Shown here: positions 37,374-46,399 of the stretch, piece after piece
Layout of the letters: the number at the start of each line of letters is the position of its first letter
How positions within the stretch are numbered: the stretch's first letter is position 1
Source: a virus
IMG/VR virus record: IMGVR_UViG_3300006931_000002
Location: 51,478 to 115,477 of that record
Direction: 5' to 3' (one strand)
Length of the DNA stretch: 64,000 nucleotides
Notes under the pieces: model-generated
Databases searched by the model: none
The model's input: the letters and a program-made list of their open reading frames with translations, nothing else
Told to the model about the DNA's origin: nothing
Made by a program: the position numbers and the translations under genes

Positions 37374-37607
37374 ATGCGTCCTGCGGGCATGCTCGTCTTG
37401 GAAGAGATCGCGATCTGGCTGGGTCCGCCGTACTGGCCCAACACGACCCGGTGTAAATCCACCTACCGGCTGTTGCTGCGCGAGGGCATCGCCCCGGCGG
37501 TCAGAGGCCACCAGCGGAAACCCTCTCTCTGGCGCTTCGTCGACCTCGAACCCCTCAAGGACCTCGTCCCCAGTGCCCGCTACGACGACGAATGGGAGGC
37601 GGCATGA
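37374..37607 (+). CDS. Small MerR/Xis-like protein
   Basis: GGAGG RBS; EIAIWLG..STYR..REGI. Confidence 0.6.
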   Translation: MRPAGMLVLEEIAIWLGPPYWPNTTRCKSTYRLLLREGIAPAVRGHQRKPSLWRFVDLEPLKDLVPSARYDDEWEAA

Positions 37608-37780
37608 CCGAGACCGCCGAGCTTGGCTCGTTCGCCGCGGCGTGGGCTGAGGCGCTTCGTACCGCCCGTTCCCGCCCCGTCTGTGGCCAGTGTGACCAGC
37701 CGTGGGACGCGGAACCCTGCGGGGCCATGCACGCCGTGGTGGCGACCGAACCGGCGGTCGAGGTTCACCCTTCCGCCTGA
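37604..37780 (+). CDS. Small zinc-binding protein
   Basis: CGQCDQPW..CG.MH. Confidence 0.6.
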   Translation: MTETAELGSFAAAWAEALRTARSRPVCGQCDQPWDAEPCGAMHAVVATEPAVEVHPSA

Positions 37781-37947
37781 CGGGCGAGTTTCGCCGCGTG
37801 GCGTGCACGGTTTCCGTACTCCCGGCGCCGGCCGTGTGCCTCCTGGAACTCGGCCAGCGCCTTTCTGCGCCGGCGGACCCGTTCGATTCGGGCTGCTACC
37901 CGGGCGTCGACAATCGCCCCCACGTCTACATCAACCGAAACGTTCAT
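37765..37947 (-). CDS. Small basic protein downstream of the tRNA-like element
   Basis: MNVSVDVDVGAIVDARV.., Arg-rich helix. Confidence 0.5.
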   Translation of the reverse strand: MNVSVDVDVGAIVDARVAARIERVRRRRKALAEFQEAHGRRREYGNRARHAAKLARQAEG

Positions 37948-37985
37948 ACGTTGATCATCGCATGAACGGTCCAGTCTTTTTGCAC

Positions 37986-38098
37986 TGCACCACCGGGCGG
38001 GGATTGAACCCGCGCGCTCCTGTCCCCGAACGGGTGCGACGCCATGGCCGGTCACGGTCCCGCCTTCGCCGGGTGCTCTACCGCTGAGCTACCGGGGT
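37986..38098 (-). tRNA. Non-canonical tRNA-like RNA (degenerate acceptor stem, ~43-nt variable region)
   Basis: D arm TAGCTCAGCGGTAGAGC; T arm GCGGG-TTCAATC-CCCGC; no CCA. Confidence 0.7.
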
Positions 38099-38164
38099 GT
38101 TGTGGGCGCCGCCCGGTGGGTTTGTTCGTCGCGATCGCCCGTCGGATGGGCGGCACCTGCACCC

Positions 38165-38191
38165 ACTCTACCAGCGGAAACGCGGTAGAAT
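38165..38191. promoter_or_regulatory. Back-to-back -10 elements (TAGAGT minus, TAGAAT plus)
   Basis: Quasi-palindrome ACTCTACC..GGTAGAAT; GTG 38198 follows after 6 nt. Confidence 0.5.
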
Positions 38192-38197
38192 GGGCAG

Positions 38198-38383
38198 GTG
38201 GAAGAAGCTCGGTATCAGCTCATCGTCGATGAGCGTGACCCCAATACGGTGACTGTGGTGGACCGGGTTGGCGAACGGCTCCCCAATGGGCACCGAAGGC
38301 ACGCCAAGGGCTGTTCCCGCCGACTCAAGACCCGCTGGTCTGGGATGCGCTGCGACTGTGGCGCCCGTTGGCAGTGCTACTAG
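38198..38383 (+). CDS. Small Cys-containing protein (leaderless)
   Basis: H..GC..RCDCG. Confidence 0.55.
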   Translation: MEEARYQLIVDERDPNTVTVVDRVGERLPNGHRRHAKGCSRRLKTRWSGMRCDCGARWQCY

Positions 38384-38398
38384 GCGCGGGGGTCTGAC

Positions 38399-38677
38399 AT
38401 GCCGTGGATCAACAGGATTCGCGAGTCGACACATCCGGCTTCACGATGCAAGAAGCCGCCCGTCGGCGGATTTGCCGCCGGCTCGGTGTTCGAGTGTGAC
38501 GACTGCAAACGCCACTGGCGCTTCGACGGTCCCGGACAGCAAGACTGGACCGAGCTTCCTTCCGGTGCTTCCGACCCGGCTGAGACATGGTCGAACCTTC
38601 TCGTCGACCTCGACGAAGACGAGGCAACTGAGAAGCTGACAGCGTTCCTGACCGGCCCGGCATCCGACCAGCCGTGA
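38399..38677 (+). CDS. Zinc-ribbon protein
   Basis: C.KPP..GSVFECDDC..W. Confidence 0.65.
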   Translation: MPWINRIRESTHPASRCKKPPVGGFAAGSVFECDDCKRHWRFDGPGQQDWTELPSGASDPAETWSNLLVDLDEDEATEKLTAFLTGPASDQP

Positions 38678-38826
38678 GCCTCCTTCTCGGCGCCTGCGAG
38701 GACTGCGGCCACGAGGTCCGCACCGGTCAGCGGCTCGACTATGTGATCCTCCGCGCCGGCCACCTTCGCCGCTGGTTCTGGTGGCACAGGGACTGCGACG
38801 ACCTCGAAGACCACCGGAACGGCTGA
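38674..38826 (+). CDS. Small zinc-binding protein
   Basis: CEDCG..HRDC; GTGA-coupled; not in ORF track. Confidence 0.55.
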   Translation: MSLLLGACEDCGHEVRTGQRLDYVILRAGHLRRWFWWHRDCDDLEDHRNG

Positions 38827-38867
38827 GCCCCTGACCCATCGACCATGAACACCTGTGGAGCGTCCCG

Positions 38868-39413
38868 ATGCGGTGCCGAGGCAAGACAAAGGCCGGCGGC
38901 CAGTGCAAGAAGGACGCAATTCGCGGCGGACTGGTGTGCAACACGCATGGCGGTAGCGCCCCGCAGGTGAAGGCCAAGGCCGCGGTCCGCGCCGAGGTCA
39001 CCGCATGGGGCCTGACCGACGAGAAGGTCGACCCCGGGGAAACCCTGCTACGGCTTCTCGCCCAGTCGGCCCGCCGCGCCCAGGTCTACGCCGCCGAACT
39101 ACAAGCCAAGGTCGACGAGTTCGGCCTGGAGAAAGCCACGGTCGGTGTCGCCTTCGGCGAGGGCGGCCTGATGGGCGAGTACATTCGCGCGTTGGCCCAG
39201 CTCGAAGCCGACGAACGGGACCGCTGCGCGAACTTCTCCCGCCTCGCGCTGGCCGCCGGGCTGGAGGAACGTCGGGTCAAGCTGGCCGAACAGCAGGGCA
39301 GTCTGATCACGGACTTCCTGCGTGCGGTGATGGGCGACCCGGAACTTGGGCTGACCGCAGAGCAGCGGAGTGCGATGCCAGCCGTGATCCGGCGTCATCT
39401 CCACTCTGCGTAG
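38868..39413 (+). CDS. terS: Terminase small subunit (HGGxxP type)
   Basis: RCRGKTKAGGQC..VCNTHGGSAPQVKAKA; upstream of terL. Confidence 0.8.
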   Translation: MRCRGKTKAGGQCKKDAIRGGLVCNTHGGSAPQVKAKAAVRAEVTAWGLTDEKVDPGETLLRLLAQSARRAQVYAAELQAKVDEFGLEKATVGVAFGEGGLMGEYIRALAQLEADERDRCANFSRLALAAGLEERRVKLAEQQGSLITDFLRAVMGDPELGLTAEQRSAMPAVIRRHLHSA

Positions 39414-39487
39414 TCGAAATCACCCGCTTGTGATCTTTGCGCCGGGGCTGAGACCCCAAGGCGCTCACGCTGCGTGGCGAGGGCCGG

Positions 39488-41101
39488 ATGTCGCTCCTGC
39501 CCGACGACCTCGTTGCCGCGTTTGAACTGGCCGCCGATGCGCTCGACGTCGACTCCCGCCAGCAGCAGTACCGCACCAACCCGGCGATGTGGATCGCCGA
39601 CCGGCTCGACGAGTATCTGTGGTCCAAGCAGGTCGACATCCTGACCGCGCTGACCCGACACCGCCGCGTCGCGGTCAAGTCGTGCCACGGTGCTGGGAAG
39701 TCGCACACTGCCTCCCGGGCGGTGGCGTGGTGGCTGTCAATCTGGCCGCCTGGTACTGCGTTTGTCGTCACGACCGCGCCGACGGCCAAGCAGGTTGAGG
39801 CGATCCTGTGGCGGTACATCGGGCAGGCCGCGAAGAAGGCTGACGCTGCGGGGAAGCCGCTCGTCGGCCGCGTTCTCACCACAGAGTGGAAGATCGACAC
39901 CGAGCTGATCGCGTTCGGCCGGAAGCCCGCCGACTACGACACCGAGGCGTTCCAGGGCATCCACGCCGAACACGTCCTCGTCGTCATCGACGAGGCGTCG
40001 GGTGTGCCCGAGCAGTTGTGGACCGCGGCCGACTCGTTGACGTCGAACGATGGCTGCGCACTGCTGGCGATCGGTAACCCGGCCGACCCGGCGTCATACT
40101 TCGCCAGGGCCTGCGAGTCATGGCACACGATCACCATCTCGGCGTTCGACACACCCAACCTGACCGGCGAGAAGGTCCCCGACCAGCTCCGCAAGGTGCT
40201 CGTCTCCAAGTCGTGGGTTGAGGAGAAGCGCACCGACTGGGGTGAGGACTCCCCCCTGTGGTCGGAGAAGGTTCTCGGCGAGTTCCCCACCGACGCCTCC
40301 GACCAGGTCGTCCGCTCCTCGGACCTCGCGAAGTGCCGGCAACCCAGCGACCGGGTGTACGCCCCGTCGGATCTGCTGCCCGTCGTCCTCGGCGTCGACG
40401 TTGGCGGCGGCGGCGACGAGACGGTGATCCGGGAGCGCCGCGGCCGGATGGTCGGACGCGAATGGCGGGACCGGAACGACAACACGATGACCGTCGTCAA
40501 CAACGTGCTCCACGCGATCGAGGTAACCGGGGCGACGCTGGTCAACGTCGACTCGATCGGCATCGGCGCCGGCGTGTGCGACCGGCTGAACGAGCTACGC
40601 GACCAGGGCAAGCATGCCGCCACCATCGTGGGTGTGAACGTCGGCCAGGCCGCGACCGACACCGAGCGGTTCGCGAACCTGCGGGCCGAACTGTGGTGGG
40701 TCATAGGCCGGCTGGGCTCCGAGCGGGGCGAATGGGACCTTGCCCCGGCCGAGTACTCGACTGACGGGGTGTGGCTGTCCGGGATGGAAAACCCGGATGC
40801 GGCGTGCGCCCAGTTGCTGGCGCCGAAGTGGTTTGCGGACATCAAGGGCCGCATCCAGATCGAGAAGAAGGACGAGGTCCGTAAGCGGCTGGGCCGCAGC
40901 CCGGACAACGCCGACGCTCTCCTTCTGTCGTTCGTCGACCTGCGCGGCGGCACGCAGTTCTTCATGGACCAGTGGTTCGCCCAAGAGGACGCCGCCGGCC
41001 CGAAGCCGCAGCTTCCGCCCGATGAGACCCCGGCCCCGTTGGGCATCGAAGACCTGTTCCCCGGCCAGACCTCACAGGACGGGTGGCGGAGGCCGCTGTG
41101 A
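39488..41101 (+). CDS. terL: Terminase large subunit
   Basis: KSCHGAGKS Walker A, VIDEASG Walker B, IGNP, LGVDVG, SPDNADA. Confidence 0.95.
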   Translation: MSLLPDDLVAAFELAADALDVDSRQQQYRTNPAMWIADRLDEYLWSKQVDILTALTRHRRVAVKSCHGAGKSHTASRAVAWWLSIWPPGTAFVVTTAPTAKQVEAILWRYIGQAAKKADAAGKPLVGRVLTTEWKIDTELIAFGRKPADYDTEAFQGIHAEHVLVVIDEASGVPEQLWTAADSLTSNDGCALLAIGNPADPASYFARACESWHTITISAFDTPNLTGEKVPDQLRKVLVSKSWVEEKRTDWGEDSPLWSEKVLGEFPTDASDQVVRSSDLAKCRQPSDRVYAPSDLLPVVLGVDVGGGGDETVIRERRGRMVGREWRDRNDNTMTVVNNVLHAIEVTGATLVNVDSIGIGAGVCDRLNELRDQGKHAATIVGVNVGQAATDTERFANLRAELWWVIGRLGSERGEWDLAPAEYSTDGVWLSGMENPDAACAQLLAPKWFADIKGRIQIEKKDEVRKRLGRSPDNADALLLSFVDLRGGTQFFMDQWFAQEDAAGPKPQLPPDETPAPLGIEDLFPGQTSQDGWRRPL

Positions 41102-41373
41102 GCATCTGGAGTTCCCTCACCCTGCCAGAGCCGATCCGCGACATCGACGGCCACGAACTCGACGTGGCCCGCACCGGGATGCATCCAGCCGCAGCGCCTT
41201 CTGGCTATGCGGTCCGGATCGCCGCCTCGGACCCCGCTGTCGTGCCCGATGTGTACGTCGAACTGTCCGAACAGGACGCGGCCCGGCTGCGGGATGCACT
41301 GACAGCCGCGCTTGCCGAGAACGCCGAGAATGCCAGACGCTGGCGTGAGATAGCCGAGCAGGCCCGGCACTGA
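41098..41373 (+). CDS. Hypothetical protein
   Basis: GTGA-coupled; VELSEQDAARLRDAL. Confidence 0.65.
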   Translation: MSIWSSLTLPEPIRDIDGHELDVARTGMHPAAAPSGYAVRIAASDPAVVPDVYVELSEQDAARLRDALTAALAENAENARRWREIAEQARH

Positions 41374-41394
41374 CCTGAACGCCGCGGAGGGCCG

Positions 41395-43527
41395 ATGTCC
41401 TCCCGTAGCCGTCGCCGCGCCCAGCAGCGCCGCCGCCTCGACAAGGCCAGCTACGCGGCCGGCGCCCGTGCGATTGGCGCGCAAACCCGGGACATGTCCG
41501 CGCAGGCCAATGCCCTAGCAACGATGCAGTCCGGGATGCCGATCGGATCCTACGAGCCGCTTCCCCGCGAGCTGCCCTACACGGTGCCGTTCGGCCCGCT
41601 GACCCCCCTGCCGCCCTACGGCATCGACCCGCTACGGCCTGATGGCCGCAGTGATCCGCGGGCCTGGGAATATCCGGTCGGCTGGAACATTCCAGGCGGC
41701 GAACACAGGCTCATCCCGTTCGACACGCTACGGGCGGCAGCGCGGACCGACATCGTCCAGGACTGCATGCGGGTCATACGGACGGAAATCTGCGGCCTCG
41801 ACTGGGGTATCGCCGTTTCTGAGGATGCGATCGCCACTGCGGCCGAGTTGGGTGGGCTGCGGCAGACGGAGGCGAAGCAGCAGCTCCGCGAGAAGCTGGC
41901 CCCGCAGATCGCGAAGGCCCGGGACTTCTGGCAGATGCCCGACCCGCGTGAGGGGCTGTCCTTCTCGGACTGGCTGTGGATCGGCCTCGAAGAAGTGTTG
42001 ACATTGGATGCGTGGCCGCTGTTCCCGCAGCTGACCTACGGCAACGAACTGTTCGCACTGTGGAACATCGACGGCAGTGTCATTAAGCCGCTGTTGGACG
42101 GCTACGGCCGCCGGCCCGAACCTCCGGACCCCGCCTTCCAAGAGATCATGTATGGCTTCCCTCGGGGCGAGTACAAGGCTCCGGTCGGGAATGACGGCAC
42201 CGTCGAGGGCGGGCGCACCGCCGACGAGCTGATCTACAACGTTCGGAACAAGCGGGTCCACTCCCCCTACGGCTTCGGCCCGGTTGAGAACGCCTTGGTG
42301 CGGATCAACCTGTGGATGAAGCGCGCCGAGTGGATGACCCGCCAGTTCGACTCGTCCGCGCTGCCCCTGGCACTCATGGAACTTCCGGAGACGGTCCGGA
42401 TGACTCCGGATGAGATGCAACGCTGGCGCCGGTCGATCAACACCCAGCTTGCCGGGGATCTCGCGGAGCGGCAGCGGATTCAGATCGGCCTGCCAGGTGG
42501 GAAGCTCGCGAAGTTCGCGGACAACTCGGAGCTGTACAAGCCCGAGTACGACACGTACATCGTCAAGCTGATCTGCGCGTCGTTTCAGGTGACCCCGGCG
42601 GAGATCGGGTTCATCGAAACCGGCGGACTGGGTGGGGCGAGCTATCACGAGGGTCAGGAGAACATCCAGTACCGGAAGATGATCCTGCCGTGGGCGAAGT
42701 GGCTGTCCGGCATCTTCAACATGATCAACCGCCGGTATCTGGGTTTGGACCCGGCGATCGAGTTCCGCTTCCTCGGATTGGAAGAAGAAGACGAAGCCGC
42801 CGCCGACGCGGTCCTTCTGTCCCGCGTCGAATCGGGCCGGATGACGTTGAACGAGGCCCGCGACGAGATGGGCCTAGCCCCCTATGCGGACATGCCCGAA
42901 GCAGACGAACCCTACATCCTGTCGAGGATGGGCCCGCAGTTCATCCGCGGGTTGCAGGAGCAGCAGGAAGCCCAGGGTGAGGCGGTCAAGGCCGGCGCCG
43001 AGGCGGCGAAAGCGAACCTTGCGGCCGGCAACCTGCCCTCCGGCAAGCCGCTGAACACGCCGAAGGGCGAGCGGGAGGACGGCGACGAGCAGACCCCGGA
43101 CGAAGGCAGCCCGGACGCCGGCTCGAAGCCCCCAGCACAGGGCAACGCGAAGTCCGGCGACACACAGAAGCCCGTGAAGGGTGCGGAGAAGTCCGCCGCG
43201 GTCGCCGAACTCGACGCCTTCGCCAACTGGGCCCGCAAGCTCGCCAAGGGGCAGACGAAGGCCCGGCCGTTCACGTTCACCGCTGTCCCTGACGAAACAG
43301 CGAAGACGTTGAACCATCTCGTCGCCGACGACTCCCCCGCCGACGCCGCAAGCCTGGCGAAGGCAACCGCGGCCGAGCTGCGCAAGGCTGGCGGTGGTGG
43401 CGGGGGGCGAGCCGAAAGCCCGCCCCCGGGATCGGGAGCGGGCAGCGTGGCTGGGCTTCCAAGCCCACGACCAGCTAGGGCCACGGATGGCCGGGCACGT
43501 CTCCCGGGCCGCATCTGGGCTTATTGA
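41395..43527 (+). CDS. Portal protein
   Basis: IDGSVIKP, YGFGPVE, ICASFQVTPAEIG, GRMTLNEARDEMGLAP; position after terL. Confidence 0.92.
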   Translation: MSSRSRRRAQQRRRLDKASYAAGARAIGAQTRDMSAQANALATMQSGMPIGSYEPLPRELPYTVPFGPLTPLPPYGIDPLRPDGRSDPRAWEYPVGWNIPGGEHRLIPFDTLRAAARTDIVQDCMRVIRTEICGLDWGIAVSEDAIATAAELGGLRQTEAKQQLREKLAPQIAKARDFWQMPDPREGLSFSDWLWIGLEEVLTLDAWPLFPQLTYGNELFALWNIDGSVIKPLLDGYGRRPEPPDPAFQEIMYGFPRGEYKAPVGNDGTVEGGRTADELIYNVRNKRVHSPYGFGPVENALVRINLWMKRAEWMTRQFDSSALPLALMELPETVRMTPDEMQRWRRSINTQLAGDLAERQRIQIGLPGGKLAKFADNSELYKPEYDTYIVKLICASFQVTPAEIGFIETGGLGGASYHEGQENIQYRKMILPWAKWLSGIFNMINRRYLGLDPAIEFRFLGLEEEDEAAADAVLLSRVESGRMTLNEARDEMGLAPYADMPEADEPYILSRMGPQFIRGLQEQQEAQGEAVKAGAEAAKANLAAGNLPSGKPLNTPKGEREDGDEQTPDEGSPDAGSKPPAQGNAKSGDTQKPVKGAEKSAAVAELDAFANWARKLAKGQTKARPFTFTAVPDETAKTLNHLVADDSPADAASLAKATAAELRKAGGGGGGRAESPPPGSGAGSVAGLPSPRPARATDGRARLPGRIWAY

Positions 43528-43894
43528 TGCGGAGGCAGTGGCGCGGGCCCTCGCGTCCCGCTGGCCGTCGGGGACGACCACCGACCCGGCAGTACTGCGG
43601 GCTGAGATTCGGATGATCCTCGACCAGCATGCCCGTAAGGGTGTGCTCGGCCCGGCACTCGCCGAGGTCTACCGGGCGGGATGGAAGGCGGGCGAGGTAG
43701 CGGCAGACGACGCAGTGGCGCGGGTGAAACCGACGGCGCCACCGACAGTCGCAGTGCCGCTACACCACCAACCGACACCCGCGTTCAAGGCCGCGAAGCC
43801 TGACGACGCCGGGCGGAAACGTGAACTGCGCGACCTCGACCAGCTCATGCGCGAAGCGCCCGGCGCCCCACGTGGTGGCCGCAGCATCTTCTGA
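43394..43894 (+). CDS. N-terminal part of MuF-like minor head protein; may be fused to portal across G6 at 43402-43407
   Basis: EPKA..AWLG..D..LAEVYRAGWKAG; +1 frame, overlaps portal by 134 nt. Confidence 0.65.
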   Translation: MVAGGEPKARPRDRERAAWLGFQAHDQLGPRMAGHVSRAASGLIDAEAVARALASRWPSGTTTDPAVLRAEIRMILDQHARKGVLGPALAEVYRAGWKAGEVAADDAVARVKPTAPPTVAVPLHHQPTPAFKAAKPDDAGRKRELRDLDQLMREAPGAPRGGRSIF

Positions 43895-43897
43895 GAC

Positions 43898-43940
43898 CGT
43901 GCTGGCGTCGGGACCTTGAGGCGGCCACGACGCCAGCACG
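43898..43940. terminator. 13-bp inverted repeat between convergent genes
   Basis: CGTGCTGGCGTCG..CGACGCCAGCACG. Confidence 0.65.
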
Positions 43941-43961
43941 CACAACCCGGCTATCGCTTCC

Positions 43962-44645
43962 TCAACGCGGAAGGGGGTCGTGGTCCGGCGGGAAAGCCAG
44001 CGCCAAAAGGGCCTCCGGGTCCTCCACGAGCATCCGGGCGCGGTCCTCGCATCGGCAACCCTCCTGTCGATGTCGATACTGCGACCTGCTGGACATCGGC
44101 CTACCGCAGAACACGCATTCAGCGCCATCCTCGTGGGACGTGTACACATGCCTGTGGTCCCCGTCGAGAATCCCGATTGTCGACCCGCGAGCGCTATTGC
44201 ATGGCTGACAGGCCGCACGACCATTGGGAAGTACGCGCGCGCCTTTTCTGCTGGCGGGGCGTACATGTTCGAAGGTGGCGGCGGCGGTTCCTGGCGCAGC
44301 ACCCTCGATCGACAGCGGAACTCCACAGTGGCAGCAGGCCGGCCCGTCGCGCTCCAAGATCCACGCCAGAATTCGGTTTGAGTTCGACGTGGGCATGTGG
44401 ACGGTCGCGGTCCCGGCTTCAATGCGGGTGGCGCGCGCTTGGTTGCATGGCGCACAACTTGGCCGGATGTTGAGGGCTTGGTAGGTGCCACCTGCGCTCG
44501 GTGGTGTGATGAGTTCGGCGACAGCGGCAACCGTGCCGGACGTGAGGCCGTTGATGGATAGGCGGGCGCCGCAGCTCCAGCATCTGCCACTGGTCGTTCG
44601 CAATGCGCGTTCGAGGTTGCGCCGCTTGCGCCGATCGTCGGCCAC
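43962..44645 (-). CDS. Tandem-HNH endonuclease, antisense to late operon
   Basis: CWSC..AELITPPSAGG..CAPCN (degenerate) and CCHC..FEHVRP..CQPCN; TAGAAT 6 nt before GTG. Confidence 0.85.
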   Translation of the reverse strand: MADDRRKRRNLERALRTTSGRCWSCGARLSINGLTSGTVAAVAELITPPSAGGTYQALNIRPSCAPCNQARATRIEAGTATVHMPTSNSNRILAWILERDGPACCHCGVPLSIEGAAPGTAAATFEHVRPASRKGARVLPNGRAACQPCNSARGSTIGILDGDHRHVYTSHEDGAECVFCGRPMSSRSQYRHRQEGCRCEDRARMLVEDPEALLALAFPPDHDPLPR

Positions 44646-44700
44646 GTCACCATTCTACCTGCGGGAACAGGCTCGATCATGTGACCTTGGCGGGTGACCT

Positions 44701-45483
44701 GTGGCCACACCGGTCGTAGACGCCTCAATCAACTGGGATGCGTGGACCCCGGGTTCCATCCCCGCGGCCCGTCAAGCATCCAAGCTGGACGAGCTGATCG
44801 CCACCGCCGTCGGCCGCAACCCGAACTGGTCCGACCGGGCAGCACAACGCGGCAGCCTGCTCGCCTCGATCGAGGACCACCGTCTTGACCGTCTGGCCGC
44901 TGCGGTGACTGATGCGGTAGCCCGCGGCGACTCGGCCGACACCCTGGCCCGCACCCTGCGCGGAGTGTTGGACGACCCCCAGTGGGCCGGAATGGTTGCC
45001 ACTACTGAGATGGCGCGGGCGATGACAGCCGCGTCGATGGAGTCGTACAGGACGTCGGGCGTTGTTGAGGCCTACTCGATCCTCACGGCTAACGACGTCA
45101 GGGTGTGCCAGGACTGCCAGACCAACCAGGACGACGGGCCGTACCCGCTCGACACCGACCCACCCGCCGGCATTTGCCCCACCCATCCGGGTTGCCGATG
45201 TGCAGTGATCGCCGACACGATGCCGCTGGCCGACGCGCAGGCCATGGGCTACGTCCCTGGCATCTCCTCCGGCGCACTCGACGACACGCTGGGCAACGCC
45301 GAGGCTGAGGCGGAACCAACCGAACCGGCACCCCCACCGCCGGTCGACATCGCCCAGCACGACACCGTAGGCAGCACCCGCCACATGGATCCGTCCGCGG
45401 TCGCCGCCGCCCTGGCAGCACTCGGCGCCCGGCGGCAGGCACAACAGGACACCGCCGACGAGGAAGACGACGACGAGGAGTAG
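44701..45483 (+). CDS. MuF-like (SPP1 gp7) minor head protein, C-terminal part
   Basis: NWDAWTPG, ATTEMARA, DVRVCQDCQTN, PTHPGCRCA. Confidence 0.85.
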   Translation: MATPVVDASINWDAWTPGSIPAARQASKLDELIATAVGRNPNWSDRAAQRGSLLASIEDHRLDRLAAAVTDAVARGDSADTLARTLRGVLDDPQWAGMVATTEMARAMTAASMESYRTSGVVEAYSILTANDVRVCQDCQTNQDDGPYPLDTDPPAGICPTHPGCRCAVIADTMPLADAQAMGYVPGISSGALDDTLGNAEAEAEPTEPAPPPPVDIAQHDTVGSTRHMDPSAVAAALAALGARRQAQQDTADEEDDDEE

Positions 45484-45486
45484 CCG

Positions 45487-45780
45487 GTGGGCACGCTCGT
45501 CGATCTGTTCGGATGGCCCAACGGGAGCGTGCTGACCAACCTGATCGCCTCGCTGATCTGGGGCATGCCGGCCGCTGGACTGGCCGTCTGGCGTGCCCGT
45601 GTGCATCTCCGCCGACTTCACGGCCGCCACGACGCCCACGAACAGGCCGTGGCAGCATTGCACGCCGAAGTGAAGGTGCTGCGCCAAGAGCGTGTCGCCA
45701 CGATGCCGCCCGTCGACTACCGGAAGCTGCTCGACGAAGTCGAACGGCAGAAACGACGCAACGGGCACGGAGGCTTGTAG
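45487..45780 (+). CDS. Membrane protein
   Basis: WPNGSVLTNLIASLIW TM segment. Confidence 0.65.
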   Translation: MGTLVDLFGWPNGSVLTNLIASLIWGMPAAGLAVWRARVHLRRLHGRHDAHEQAVAALHAEVKVLRQERVATMPPVDYRKLLDEVERQKRRNGHGGL

Positions 45781-46178
45781 TGGCCGACCAGCCCGCCCAC
45801 CGGCCCTACACCGCCGAAGACCTCGGCCTCGATGACGAGCTGACGCCGATCGACGTCGACCCCCAGCTTGTCCAGGTCGACCGGGTCCACTATCAAAGGC
45901 CACGGTCGGAAGAGAAGGTTCTCGCGCTGATGGACAACCCGGAGGCCCGCGAAGCCCACCCGGTGCTGATCGGCGTGCGCAAGAGCGGATCTCTCCTGTC
46001 TGTTGACGGCCAGCACCGTCTTGAGGCAGCCATGCGGCTCGGAGATGAGTCGGTGCCCGCCCGCGCGTTCCTCTCCGACGGGTGGAAACAGGAACGAGAC
46101 GTCTACCTGCGGCTGGCCCAGTTCCACGAGGCGATGCACGCCCAGACCACAGGCGACGGGGATGGCGATGCGGGCTGA
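45780..46178 (+). CDS. ParB/Sulfiredoxin-like protein
   Basis: YQRPR..VDGQHRLEAA. Confidence 0.75.
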   Translation: MADQPAHRPYTAEDLGLDDELTPIDVDPQLVQVDRVHYQRPRSEEKVLALMDNPEAREAHPVLIGVRKSGSLLSVDGQHRLEAAMRLGDESVPARAFLSDGWKQERDVYLRLAQFHEAMHAQTTGDGDGDAG

Positions 46179-46389
46179 CCCGGACGACCTTGCCGCCCGC
46201 GTCCACGCCGTCCGCCTCGCCCTGACCTGCGACCCATCCCCGTTGGGGATCATCCTCGCTGACGTGCTGCTACCGATGGCGGTCGACGTGCTGGACGCAG
46301 ACCGGCCCAACTATCGGCGACTACAGGCCCTCGGGGACCTTGTCGGCCGGTGTGAGGCCGCGGTCGGACTGCCCACGCTGGTCGGCTAA
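46168..46389 (+). CDS. Hypothetical protein
   Basis: Overlapping ORF. Confidence 0.55.
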   Translation: MRADPDDLAARVHAVRLALTCDPSPLGIILADVLLPMAVDVLDADRPNYRRLQALGDLVGRCEAAVGLPTLVG

Positions 46390-46399
46390 GGAGGCTGCC

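Noticed and set aside
37986-38098. Functional tRNA-Phe(GAA) or attB-derived tRNA fragment
   Set aside because: 4-bp anticodon stem, no U33, mismatched acceptor, oversized variable region, and not adjacent to an integrase
44661-44678. Possible SOS box before the antisense HNH gene
   Set aside because: TCGAGC and GTTCCC half-sites are degenerate and only 2 nt apart, not 4
43790-44700. Group I/II intron in MuF
   Set aside because: No recognisable P7 or domain V core by eye; the insert is almost fully occupied by an antisense ORF with its own promoter
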